A stretch of DNA of 54,487 nt, counting the filler, from Sphacelaria rigidula (Eukaryota): assembly GCA_964200075.2 (NCBI GenBank). It is 4 parts of 4 records of this genome, joined end to end, with 100 filler letters (N's around TTAATTAATTAA, not from the genome) between each part and the next. Parts side by side here need not be neighbours in the genome. Positions count along the whole stretch, not along the records: positions 13,648 to 27,194 come from CAXNAA020002813.1; positions 27,295 to 40,841 come from CAXNAA020002814.1; 2 more parts are not named here. One strand, given 5' to 3'. The position numbers were made by a program, and so were the translations under genes. Below, piece by piece: positions 26,001 to 37,619 of the stretch; within the stretch, counting starts at the first letter, position 1, and the number at the start of each line of letters is the position of its first letter. The notes under the pieces are model-generated. The model saw only the letters and a program-made list of their open reading frames with translations, made no database searches and had not been told where the DNA came from.

Positions 26001-26260
26001 TACCTTACCTTACTTATCTTACATACCGTATTTACCTTACTTACCTTGCTTGATCGCCCGTCGCCACGAAACCCCCCCAGGCCACGTCCTTCGACTGCAT
26101 CTGTTCCCCCTTCCTCACCCGAAGGCTGCTGAGCCATCTCCTCAGCAATGCTTTGCGATTTTCTAGCCAGGTCTCTGGAGTGCTTTTCCTCCAAGACGAG
26201 CTCCTTGCGTCTATGATCCTCGTCTTTTTCGGACATGGCACGCGAAAACTCCGTTCGAGC
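14024..26260 (-). CDS. Multi-exon gene for a long coiled-coil protein (about 757 aa visible, partial at both ends, family not identified)
   Basis: 16 exons with AG acceptors, GT (or GC) donors and consistent phases, 5'->3': 26260-26045, 25792-25691, 25367-25272, 24869-24768, 24626-24483, 23806-23740, 22689-22545, 22133-21980, 20977-20780, 19813-19715, 19429-19280, 17396-17282, 16594-16383, 15441-15251, 14756-14666, 14214-14024. The spliced frame is open and E/A/R/Q/L-rich, e.g. SEARIRTLNNKVEFLKAQLSSEQTLK and VRRLDNERQYLKSQLQSEITCRDELREAL. Some boundaries and additional small exons are uncertain. Confidence 0.85.
18242..18642. mobile_element. MITE (~400 bp) in an intron of the coiled-coil gene
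   Basis: TIRs aatagggtgcacacgtggccattcggctaccc (18242-18273) and gggtagccgaatggccgcgtgtgtgtaatctatt (18609-18642). The interior is rich in short palindromes such as cctctagagg. Confidence 0.75.
21475..21660 (+). mobile_element. 3' end of a LINE/SINE-like repeat with (AATC)n tail
   Basis: gtctatcatgtgaccacggctggaaccctggggga...atcagttaaagtgcgacaatcaatgaaatcaatcaatc. Related copies lie at about 7132-7213 (+), 7795-7870 (-), 13028-13245 (-) and 30365-30592 (+). Confidence 0.65.
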
Positions 26261-26632
26261 CTGATGCATTGTACGAGAAAGTTCACCAGGTTGATCTCGT
26301 GAGTATTCAATAAGTGATCTATCCTTTTCGTCAGTTCATCCACGAGCTAATGTACTATAACCCGATACCATACGTCGAAAGGGGAGTATACAGACGGTAA
26401 TACCCGTTTGCCTTGCTGTTCCCCGCTGTACAAGTGCGCGTCCTAGTCACTTCCCATTCATGTTAACACAGCAAGAACCACCGTATTTGATTGATTGATT
26501 CGTCGTTTGATTGGCGCACACTGACAGAAACATTAACATTAATAGTAACTGACAGACGTACTCAAAGTGATAGAACAAAAACAGACGAGGAAACGAACGA
26601 AGCAGGGAACACACGGAGTAAACTGAAACAAT

Positions 26633-26635
<3 letters not shown>

Positions 26636-26686
<51 letters not shown>
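26636..26686. repeat. (GA)n microsatellite
   Basis: Direct observation. Confidence 0.95.
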
Positions 26687-26690
<4 letters not shown>

Positions 26691-27194
26691 CCAGGCCAAA
26701 CATTTAGTACCGATCGATAGAAAACCCCAACAGGCTCCTGCTAGAGCTTCACTGTTCATTTCGTGTTGTGGAAGCGGGTTGCGATCAGGATATGTGGGAA
26801 CAGCACTACTTCTGCCAAAACTCTCGCTCACCAGCTCTGTAGGAGCGAGACACATATACTGATACATAAATACAGCACAGAGAGAAGAAATACGAAGAAT
26901 AAGAAAGCGGGACTACAGCAAAGACTAAAGGGAGATGGAAAAACAGGAGTGAACTGACAGCAAGAACAGCAAGAACGGAAAAAAGGGGGGAGAGCGAGCA
27001 AAAAACAAGGGAAGGGACCCAGCCAGAAACGAAGCAGACAAGGGTGTGTTGGGTAGGGACTTTCAAGATTTGGGTGTTCTGAAAAATCGTACTCTAAGTG
27101 ACTCATGCTACGATAGGGGGGGGGGGGGGGGGGGGATCCGAGGAAAAAAGGGGAGTTGTGGGGGGGGCGGAGGGCCGGATCAACTGCGGGGGGG

Positions 27195-27294
27195 NNNNNN
27201 NNNNNNNNNNNNNNNNNNNNNNNNNNNNNNNNNNNNNNTTAATTAATTAANNNNNNNNNNNNNNNNNNNNNNNNNNNNNNNNNNNNNNNNNNNN
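27195..27294. other. Artificial contig linker (N44-TTAATTAATTAA-N44)
   Basis: Same 100-bp structure as the linker at 13548. Confidence 0.98.
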
Positions 27295-28130
27295 CGCGGC
27301 CACCAATACAAATTGTTGGTCACAATAGGATCTAAATTGCGCCCACCAATGTCTATCGAGGGTCACTACATCATCTGAATCGCGGCCACCAATATATATC
27401 GTTGGGCACAAGGCAATCTGAATCGCGGCCACGAATATCTATTGCTGACCACATAAAGTAGCTGAATGGCGTCGATTACTAGCGCCGTGTATGCACATTT
27501 TTCGAAGTATGTTTCCACCTTATTCCACGGAAGCTATGGCCAGCTATCGCCTCAGGTTGTTTTGTGTTCATGTGTGAGGGGTATTGCCGTTGATGTCAGA
27601 GGACCACTGCAGTGAGAAAATATTTTTCAAAACTTATCGTTGGCGTCACTGGCTATCGATAAATGCTCCCGAGAACAATCGATTGTGGGCGGCAATGACC
27701 ATATTGGTGGATATCCAAAAGTGCATTGTTGGCGGCAGAGGCTACCGATAGACGGCTCACCAAACCTATCGATGACAGTAATTGGTATAAATAGATGGCT
27801 CACTTAATCTACTGATGACGGCAATGCCTATCGATAAATGGCTCACCTAATCTATCGATAACGGCAACGACTACTGATGAATGGCACACCAAACCTACTC
27901 ATTACGGCAATGGATATCGACATATACATGTCAGAATCTGTTGCAGTACACGATTTCCATCGATGGCGAGTGATATGTATATATTGCAATTGCCATAGGC
28001 TATCATCGATCGACTATTGCGACATCTGCTGTCCCTTGCGATACATATGAATAGATGTGTTTCAACATCGATCGTGTCCGACAATATATATGGATAGATT
28101 GCCCCGCGTATCTATTGCTGAAGCAATAGA
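27295..28130. repeat. Degenerate minisatellite region
   Basis: Recurring gaatcgcggccac... units (27295-27480) and ggcaatg(g/c)ctatcgata.atggctcac units (about 27640-28130). Confidence 0.65.
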
Positions 28131-29124
28131 CTATTATTCTGTCCATTTTCCAGAGTGTGTAGCTGTTCTATGGCTCTATACCATCGTTACTACGTTGGGA
28201 CGAGGGAGCTCAAGCACATGCGGCTCGTTTTGCGCCGAATCTTCTCTCTGTCCAATGCAAGGGTTTTTGGAGCAGTTAACCCGAAAACCTTGTCCACTTC
28301 GAGACCGGAACTCGGGTTGTGTCGATACCGGGTTGGATATGTGCCGTCGTTTTCTTCGCTAATTGGGGCGCGGTAGACGCTTGCTCACGAAACGCAGGCA
28401 TCACGTCGAGTACACGGCAGTGGGACGCATTCACATCCAAACGCTACCTCGGACCCCGTGGCCCAGGCTGGGTGGTCCCAAAGGCTTTTGCGACATTTCT
28501 GAAGTAGGGGCAGGTTTGACATGGCTTTCAATGTACGGCAGTAAATGAACCTGTGCCATGCACCCGATGTTGTTACCCCACGCGGCATTCAACGAAACGA
28601 CATTATTCGAATATCGAGAAACGAAAATAGACATTGAAGTAATGGGTACGCATGACGGTGTTTTCTTTGCCGTGTTCCTCTCAATGTAATAAAAACAACT
28701 ACGTGTACGGCAGATAAGCGACGCAATCACGGAGTGCCAGCTGTTCCAATTCGTCCTTCAGTCATACCGAGGCTTCGAGCAGGCCTTCTTCAGCGACGTC
28801 CTGCAACACGCCAGTGCTACTGGCGCTCAGGGTGATGGGAATGAGGTCCCTGCAGGAGAAGGCAGATTTTTCACCTACAGCAAGCCATGCATGTCTTCAC
28901 AAGAACAGAGCAGCACTCATGTGGTACCGTTATGCGGAGACCGGGCGCTGGGACCCCCAGGCTTGATCGAGCAAAACATGCTGGACAGGCTCAGAATGTT
29001 TTCTTCCGAGTTTGAGAGGCTGGAGCAAGCCATGGATCGGTAATAGTCTCCTTTATATGTAGCGCAGCACGGTTGGTACCTGTCTGGCAAACGCCTGTTG
29101 AGTCCCTGGAATACATTCGATTCA

Positions 29125-29580
29125 CCACTTCCGGGAACCTCTCATTATCGTTCAACCTCCATCTTGGATATCCACACGGGATATCATATCCATCCGAGAC
29201 ATTCGTCTGGGATATCAATGTCCGCCGGGGACATCCATCCGGGATACAAAAGTCCAGCTAGGATGCTGTGTGGGATCTGAAATACTCATGTCCCAGATGG
29301 GCGTCCATGTGAGAAATGGATACCCGTCTGGGACGCTTGTCTGAGGTGTTTATGTGGGGTTATCAATGTCCATCTGGGATGTCCGTGTCCTAGATGTATG
29401 TCCAATCCCAAGTGGATGTCCATATCCCAGATTGAAGTCCATATCCCAACTGGATGGATGTCCATATCCCAGATGGAAGCCTCAGAGGGATACCCAACTC
29501 CCAAGTGCATGTCTCAGATGGATCCGACATTCCAGATGGAAATCTTCGATGATCGTCAATGTCATAGGTCGAGAGTGTGT
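29125..29580. repeat. Foldback-type element built from ~18-bp units (gatgtccatatcccagatg) present in both orientations
   Basis: catctgggat-type units dominate the left half and atcccagatg-type units the right half; the ends are loosely inverted. Confidence 0.6.
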
Positions 29581-32269
29581 GGTAATGCGAGAACGTATCG
29601 CGTTTGTCGTCGTCTTGACACCTGCCAGTTTCCGCGTTCGCCACATTTTTGGCGGAGAAACAAGCGCTACGTATACAGGATCTGCTCGCTGACCGTTGCC
29701 CTTCATGTTGCCTTTTCGCCCACCCAACGACAAACAATGCAACTCGTTGGCCTGGCTGGCGCGGTGAATTCATCTACGTGGCGACCGCAGGTCAAATATT
29801 GGCTCTGGAATCGGCGGGATAATGATTAACGGGTGAGCGCCTCGAGCAAACACAGAGCGAGAGCGGACGAGAGCGTGTGTGTTCGAGAAAGCGCGTTGAC
29901 CTCCGTACTCCGAACCCTGAAAAAAAATGAGAAATCCCCGCGGTCCGACAAAAATTGTTGCGTGGTAGCGCACTACGGGGCCGGGGATGCTGATTTTTTG
30001 TCCGTTCTCCACTCACGCATGTTACGCTCTTTCGCATAGTCGTCCTGCAATCGTGCGTCGTTGCTTCCCCTTGCCATCTCGACTTCTTGCATTCTAACAG
30101 CACGCTTGTCTACGCCAAGCTTGCGAGAAATGACATGCAAGGTGCCCTTGAGAAAATGGCTCGCTGTGTCAAGGTGTTCACGCGCTACCCGGGTATTTGT
30201 CGATTTGCAATGGGGTGAGTACTACACGGAGCCGTTCACGATAATATGCATTTCAGATGACTTTGTTGATGACGCTCTTTGGGATGGCGCTGTCGTGCTC
30301 CATACCACCGCGCCTTCCGAAGCGAAGGCCTGAGTATGAGTGACGAGGTTGAGTGGACACTGAGCTTTATTTTTTTCGGGGCAGTATTCCCCGCCCCCAT
30401 TTTTGGTTCGGCTTTTTCTTTCCGAGTCTACTCTGTCTGTTCTATCTTTCTCGTCTTCTTCTCGTCTCTTCAGCGAGTGTTTCTGTTTTGTCGATTTTGG
30501 GTACGCATGTCTTGTGGATAATGGCCATAATCTGGATCACGACTTTGTAGGGGATCAGTCAAGGCGCCGCAATCCTCGATCAATCATTCATTTCTCAAAA
30601 CTTAGCGCGCACTCACCACTCCGGAGGGTCAGTATGTACCTCTGAACCCAGAATCCGTACGTCTGTCTCTTCAATTACTGTACTCGACAGAGCTGTCCCC
30701 ACCGCACAATTACGCGTACACGCGGCTGGTGTACGCCTACGTAGACGCTTCTTTGTCGACGTACAATATCCTCTTATTTTCACAAATCCCTGCTCTCCGC
30801 TCGTTGTCATCGGGATGTATATGTTCGCAACCGAAAAAAAGGGGGCACATCGTTCATGCCATGATCGCTACGCTAGCTGCTATGGAGGTCCAGGATCTGT
30901 TTGAACAGGCACGGGGTGCTTATAACCCCATGCGTCCCGCGGGGTGTACAGAGGTTCCTCCGCTTGAAGAGTGGAACGGGATCGTGACCTCTTGCTGTGA
31001 CCATGTCTACTGCAGGCAAGTACCTCCCGTCGTTACGCGATGTACCAATAGCGTGAATCGAGAGTCTACCCCGATTGTAATCAAGGGCGGCATTAAACCG
31101 GATTGACACTCCTCGCACATCAACATATATCTCAACGTAGATACGTGGTGACTATGTGCTGGACGTCACATTATGTTGAAATGCATCGGATGAAAATGTG
31201 TGTGTAAATATAGTGACGGAATGATGTATAAATGAAGCACAAGCGACAAGAAATAGGCACGTGTGCTCACGGCGACGCTGGAGCTGCGTGGAAAGCTGTT
31301 TGTCTTTCGGTCAAAACAAAAGCCACACCGATGAGGCACGAGACGATCCCAGTTGATATATGAAGATGATTTTCATGGAGTAGATCCCGATTTTGTCTCC
31401 AGCTCGTGGAAACTGAGTGAGCAGACCGACTGGTTGTTGCGCGTGCAAGAATCGGCTGAACGCGATCTTCTCGACGGAAGTCAACAAGATGTTGAAAAAC
31501 ACGATTCGAGGACTTTTCTCTTACGGATAAATTCATAACCACCACGGTGAGTTTTATTTTGATCACCGTACTACTCCCAACATTTTTTTGCCAGGGTGCT
31601 CAACCAGTCAAAAATATCCTTCGGCTACCGCTCTCAACAACTTAACACTAGTAGCTCTCATTCAACAACTGTTGACCGTACGGACTCTCCGCTTCATGCA
31701 TTGACCAGTTCTACCTCCGTGCATAGTCTTCGTATCATGAACTGATGTGCTGTATTCTTCGGTTGAACTCTTGGCATAATCCCACGATCAAGGTCCGGTA
31801 TTTTCGTTCGCATAAGAGTTAATCCTCGCGTATTATGATACGTGCATCCACTCGAAATGTATAAATGAAGACGTGTTTCGAAGATTTGACCGTCGCTGAT
31901 CAATTGACCGCCGTACAACGCACCGTCCCGCTTTGTATTTTACTCGGTCGTTGCTTATTTGATTACCATACATATCAGCGTCCCATCTTCTCGAAAGCAT
32001 GATCAGAATTCCTAAGGAGGCGTGACTGATACGTACGTGCGTAAGCGGTACAGTCTCAACGCTGACGAAGTACATACTACATACATACTATGACGGTACC
32101 GTTGTAAGATTACGGTAGGAAAGAGTGCTAAGGTGAGAATAAAAATCACCTACCGTATCGCCCTGTCCGACGTCTTGGGCCATTTTTCCCTACGGTCATC
32201 TTCCGCCACCAACGCTGATTCGTCAAACCTCATCGCGTTGCGCTTCTATTACCATTCCAAAGGTCATTA

Positions 32270-33100
32270 TTTCGCCATCTATACACACCCATATTTCACG
32301 AAACGGTAAATTCTTTACCCGACACGATCGTTTGTGCTCATCGGCGAATCTGTACTTATTTTACCCGACGTGCACTGCCACTGTACAATAACGAAAATCG
32401 GCGAATTCGTAAATGACGGACGACTCGACAGACAATTCCGTTCGTCGTTGTCGGCAAATTTGAAACGGCATTAAAAAAAAAAACTACTCCCCGCTTGTGC
32501 TCATCGGCGATTTTTATCTGCTCCCCACTCGTGCTCATATGCGAATCTGTACTTTCTTTAACATCGTGCAAATCGGCACTGCCGCTGTACATCCACGATA
32601 ATTGGCGAATTTGTGAACGACGGACGACACAACATACAATGCTGTTCGTCGTTGTCGGAAAATTTTAGATAAATGGCATTTTGAAAAAATATATACTCCT
32701 CGCTTGTGCTCATCGGCGGTTTCTATTCCCTTCTCGTTCATGCTCATCGACGACCTGTAATGTTTTCACCCGACTAGCACTGCTGCTGTACGTTCGCTAT
32801 AGTCGGGGGCTTCGTACATGTCATGAATTGGTACGGTGATTTCAACGGACCACTCGACACAGACAGCCGTTCCTGGTTATCGGCAAATTTGAAAAGTTTT
32901 CCTCGCGCCATCTTTTTTCTAACTTCACTCCCCGCTTGTGCTTATCGGCGATTTGGTAAGTTTTACCTCTTTTATGGTGCAGAATTTGATACGTTGAATT
33001 TCACGGACGACTTTACAGCCGCTATACGATCGTGCTCATCGGCCAATTTTCAAATTCCACTCCCCATTCGTGATCGTCGGCGAATTTGTGAATTATCCTT
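32270..33100. repeat. Degenerate composite tandem repeat
   Basis: gtgctcatcggcga(a/t)t recurs many times, together with ctccccgcttgtg and cactgc.gctgtac motifs. Confidence 0.7.
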
Positions 33101-33409
33101 ACCGATCACATGTATATATATATATATATATATCCCCACGTCAATTTGCTATTGAGACACCCCGTCGTTTCGGTGCCATGGCATCTCAATATCCCGATAA
33201 GTGCCCCGCACTGTCCCGTTAATATCGGCGGACGAACCGACTTGTCAAACTGTCTCGCTCCCACCCAGCCCCTTCCCCATCATTATTTCTGGCGTCCCCA
33301 ACACAGCCTCAATTGTGCTGCACATTTGTATATCGGCGCCACTCATTTCCATCAACGTCCCGAGTATAGTGTAGTGGCTGAGAACGGTTTTTCCCGTCAC
33401 ATTGGTGGT

Positions 33410-33958
33410 CGATCTCAGTGAGAACACATTATCATCCCCGATCGAGCTGCCTGTGTGGTCGGTGAGAACGGCTTTCCCACCAAAGGGGATCTCAAGGAAC
33501 AGGGTCATGGATACTTCCCACAGGGGGTCAACGGGATCATACTTCCATATTTCTGGGTGCTGCCAGCCTGCGATGCTGAGGACGCGAAGTAGGACATCAA
33601 AGGGGATATCAAGGAACAGGGCCGTGGGTACTTCCCACAAGGGGTCGACGGGATCATACTTCCGTCTCTCGGGATGCTGCCAGCCTGCGACGCTGAGGAC
33701 GCCAAGGAGGTCGCATTCGATCTTGCTTGCAGCTTGAACCGACGGCTGAAGCTCTTGAGATCGGATGCGACCTCCTTCGCGTCCTCAGCATCGCAGACTG
33801 GCAGCACCCGGACAGACGGAAGTATGACCCCGTCGATCCGTTGTGGGGAGGTACCTATGACCTTGTTCCTTGAGATCCCCTTTGATGGGGAAACCGTTTT
33901 CACCAACCACACAGGCCGCTCGATCGGAGACGAAAATGGATTTTCACTGGGGTTGACA
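33410..33958. repeat. Long imperfect palindrome centred on 33742, with a 117-bp tandem duplication in the left arm
   Basis: The arms pair up to the centre (agcttgaaccg-A-cggctgaagct; ggaggtcgcattcgatct / agatcggatgcgacctcc). Duplicated units start at 33481 and 33598. Confidence 0.9.
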
Positions 33959-34449
33959 GCAAAATATACCTACGCTCCTCTTCTGCAAAGGACCGCTGCG
34001 ACTCTTTTCATTCGAAATATGCGCGCTGATCGCTGGTCTGACTTTGCGAAAATCGTCGAATTATGAAAGTTTTCTCGATCCATACTGTCTTCCCCTTCTC
34101 CGAAAACGACGAAAAAACCCATCTCATCCCATCCTCCAACATTTGATATTCACTGTGATCTAGTATATGGTACCCTATATAGTCCATCTTGTCTTCCACC
34201 ATTGTCTTCCCTTTGTCCAAAAACCACCAATTAAACACGTAGCAGGATGCAGCTCACCCTTCGTGTGACTCGCCGAACACATTACGGCGCTTCGCGCTTG
34301 GTGAGTGATTGCGAGCCTGGTCCGGTGAAACCCCGGCGTGCTCCGTGCCAGCTTCGATGGGATGCGAGGTCAATGGTCTCATGACTATGGCATGCTAGAT
34401 CATGGGGACACCCCTCTCGGTAACCCTCTAGCCGCCAGGATGTCCACGT

Positions 34450-35082
34450 TGTAAAACTTACACACGTCCGATAACTCATGAGTTAACTCAGTTCCGCTGT
34501 ATGACTCACCCAGCCAGAATGTGCATCGCTGAGTCATGCTGTATTACTCACCTGGCCAAGATATGCATCGATGGGTGTGTGTTATTATCCCATCTATTCT
34601 GGACGCCGGTCCACAACTTTTGGTATATGTCCGCGCACCAGCCGGGGTCACACAGGAGGAAGGCCAACACATATATTTTTTATTTCTTGTTTTGTTCTAG
34701 TACTCCGCCTTCCTCCTGCGGTGCTTGCCTTTTATTTTTTATCGCATCAGGGGTTCAGCAGTCCCTTTCCCTCGTCGACCGTGAAGTCGAATTTTGTATA
34801 CCCATGACATGGTTACACTCCACGGTGAGTAATTTTCTGTAACTCACCCGACCAGAACGTGCACCGCTGATTCATCTTCTCTGACCTACCTGGCCAAGAT
34901 ATGCAGGGGTGAGTAATCTTCTATAGCTTACCCGCACACTGTATAAGTCACTTAGCCAAATTGTGCGTCGATGAGTTATGGTTTATGACTCTCCTGACCA
35001 AATCATACATCGATGAGTTACAGTTCATAACTCACCTGACCAAGATATGCATCCATGAGTTATAGTATCCGAAAGAAATACC
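34450..35082. repeat. ~42-bp degenerate satellite interrupted by a SINE
   Basis: Units of the form actcacc(t/c)g(g/a)ccaagatatgcatcgatgagtta, e.g. starting at 34504 and 34546; SINE inserted at 34575-34812. Confidence 0.75.
34575..34812 (-). mobile_element. SINE copy (3' body and tail) of the 12479 family
   Basis: Reverse-complement match: cccatctattctggacgcc...ggggtcacacaggaggaaggccaacac...gtccctttccctcgtcgaccgt. Confidence 0.8.
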
Positions 35083-37248
35083 CCCTCTCATGTCCGACAA
35101 AGCAAAATACTACGTCAAAAATGACTGGAAGATCGTTGATTTCCACCTCTCCTGTGACGTTCAGGTCCGAAGTCTCAACCTTGAAAGAACAATCCAACAT
35201 ATGCAGATTCCCGACAGCGTGGAAACCCTGTAAACTGTGTCAAATACTTTGCTTCATATCTGTTTTGGCCGTAATATTCGGACGCGTGTGAGGAGCCGAG
35301 GCGGTTTCGTTTCTGTTGGCCTTAATGCCGACTACACGCCACCAATGGTATTAAGCGTGATTGAGACAGAAATTGTGCATCTCGAGGTTTGTACCAAACC
35401 GCCATCGACGAGTACCAACGCGAGGCCGTCCTTGGTGTTCGGGGGTTATTTGAAATGACGAAGGTACCTGAATGGCCGATCAGAGCGCGCGGCGCACTCC
35501 AGAATGTCTGCAAGGTTTCAGGAAACCTGTTTGTTGTGTTACGCTTGCTGCTGTTTGTCCCTTTTGCGCTGGAGACATGTTTTTGTAAGCGATGGTGGGA
35601 CCAACCTGTACTGGCAACATTTTTCGTCATCCCTTGTACACAGGGTTTTGTTTGTATCGTATTGCACCCTTCTAGCGTACAATTTTCTCGGCTGGACAAA
35701 GGATACCTTCTATCATTGGTTTCAAAAACCGATCGCTCTCGCAAAAGATTTCGCGGTCCCGCTGGAATATACGGCAGTATGCTCCCCCATGAATTTCCCT
35801 TATATTGCTCTTCTTCGGCGTGAAGATGAAATGATCAGAATCGTACAGGGCTGTGGCTCCTCACGCAAGGACCCTCAAATTTGCCCCTCCCCGATGATGG
35901 TTTACCCCAAAACCAATTGGGTCTGGTGCTTGAATACTGAAAAACTGCAGGGATTCTCATCTGTGTGAATTACCGTCCATAATTGTGCAATCATGCTCAA
36001 GAATCGCTTAGACTATCCACCTTCTTGGAGATTTGTTGTCGTCGCCCGGCAAAACGCTGACCAGGCATGCCATCGGAAGCAGTCTTGCACGCGTGATAAA
36101 GTCCGCTGTCTCTCTCCGCAATCCACTTGATATATCACCATGCAATATGCTGTCCTCCGGGTGTGTGCGTCTGATGTGGATACAGCACCACACTTCCGTT
36201 TCCCTCTGGAGACGGGTCCATCTGTTTTGTATTTCTGAGTTGAAATGGTTGCTCTTCTGCCAGGCGCTAATAACAATGTTTTCGCGAGATTGAGAGTAAA
36301 GGATACGATTGAGAGTGAAAAGAGGTCAATTAGTTAATGGATCGTTTCAAGTCCGGAAAGCCCCTCCGCGAGGTCCGATATGCTTCCTGTAGTAGCTTGC
36401 CACTGAGGCCCTTGCTATTCCTGAGGCGGATATCGACGTGTAGCTATAAGCACGCGGCGGTGATGAAGGCAAAGAAAAGCACACACGGAATGAAAAATTG
36501 GGCTAAGTCCAAGCGAATGATCAAAGCCATTCTCAATCTGCGCTCCACTTCCAATATCACGAAAACTTTGTTTAATGCGGGCGGTTCACTCCCGCCGTCG
36601 AGTGACCGTTCGTTGCTCCTGAGTCGTGACTGACTCCGTTGAATATCAAAGTACCCCGTCGCTCTGTGCGTGATAGTACGGTGTACGACTTTCGATTGGC
36701 CATCTCTGAACGAACGGGAAAAGTAAGTGTCTCACATGGCCGTCCTTCAACAGGAATTGAGTTTCACACGGATATCTTTTAACGGGACGGAGGAATTGAA
36801 CATACGGGACGGAGGAATTGAACATAGCGTATGGCCATCTTTGAACCGGGCACAAGATTCACATGACCACGTTTGACCCGGACCGCCAACGTATAGAAGT
36901 CCCGCATTATCGTATTTGAAGCAACCCAGGAGCACGAAACACGTAAGATGGACACTCGTGAAATTCCGCACACGTGGAAAACAGTCGAATACGCGGAACG
37001 TCGAAGGAAACTGTGCTTTTTGCTGTCAAGTACACAAGCTTCGGTAGTGCGCATAGAATGATCCGTTAACGTGTAAATGTGCCAATCACGTTCGGTAAGC
37101 TTGTGCACTAGTAGAACCACGTTGGCCACCTTCGTGCTCTTCACGTGCTTGTATGCCTTGTCATGATTTCTTTTGGAACTTTCGAAAATGTATGTCCAGC
37201 CAGTGCTATAAGTGCGTGTGAGGATCGGAAGACTCGAATGGCTTTGGA

Positions 37249-37619
37249 AGATCAGGATGAGAAGCGCTACTACTTGGGTAGTCTTCGTCTACGATTACTG
37301 TCTTTCCGGGAGGCTCCTTGTTGCCAGATATATCTCAGCTATTTGGTGGATGATGTCATTGTATAAGTGGTGGTTATGCCCTCAGATCGACTCAACACTC
37401 ACTGTGCGACTTCCACACTTGTTATCCTGACAACCGCTCCCAGATCAGGATGAGAAGCGCTACTACTTGGGTAGTCGTCTACGATTACTGTCTTTCCGGG
37501 AGGCTCCTTGTTGCCAGATATATCTCAGCTATTTGGTGGATGATGTCATTGTATAAGTGGTGGCTATGCCCTCAGATCGACTCAACACTCATTGTGCGAC
37601 TTCCACACTTCCGCTCCCA
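37249..37619. repeat. Near-identical direct tandem duplication (~170-190 bp)
   Basis: 37249-37420 and 37442-37610 differ by a 3-bp indel and two substitutions; both are followed by ccgctccca. Confidence 0.92.

Noticed and set aside
32270-35082. Regularly recurring, partly palindromic repeats suggesting a CRISPR-like array
   Set aside because: Units are degenerate along their whole length, there are no unique constant-length spacers, no cas-like ORFs are present, and the context is eukaryotic.
36646-36700. Integrase-like motif (ESRTPYYHAQSDGVL resembling TPYxPQSNG)
   Set aside because: There is no upstream D..D catalytic core or downstream ER, and it is followed by a stop; too short to call.
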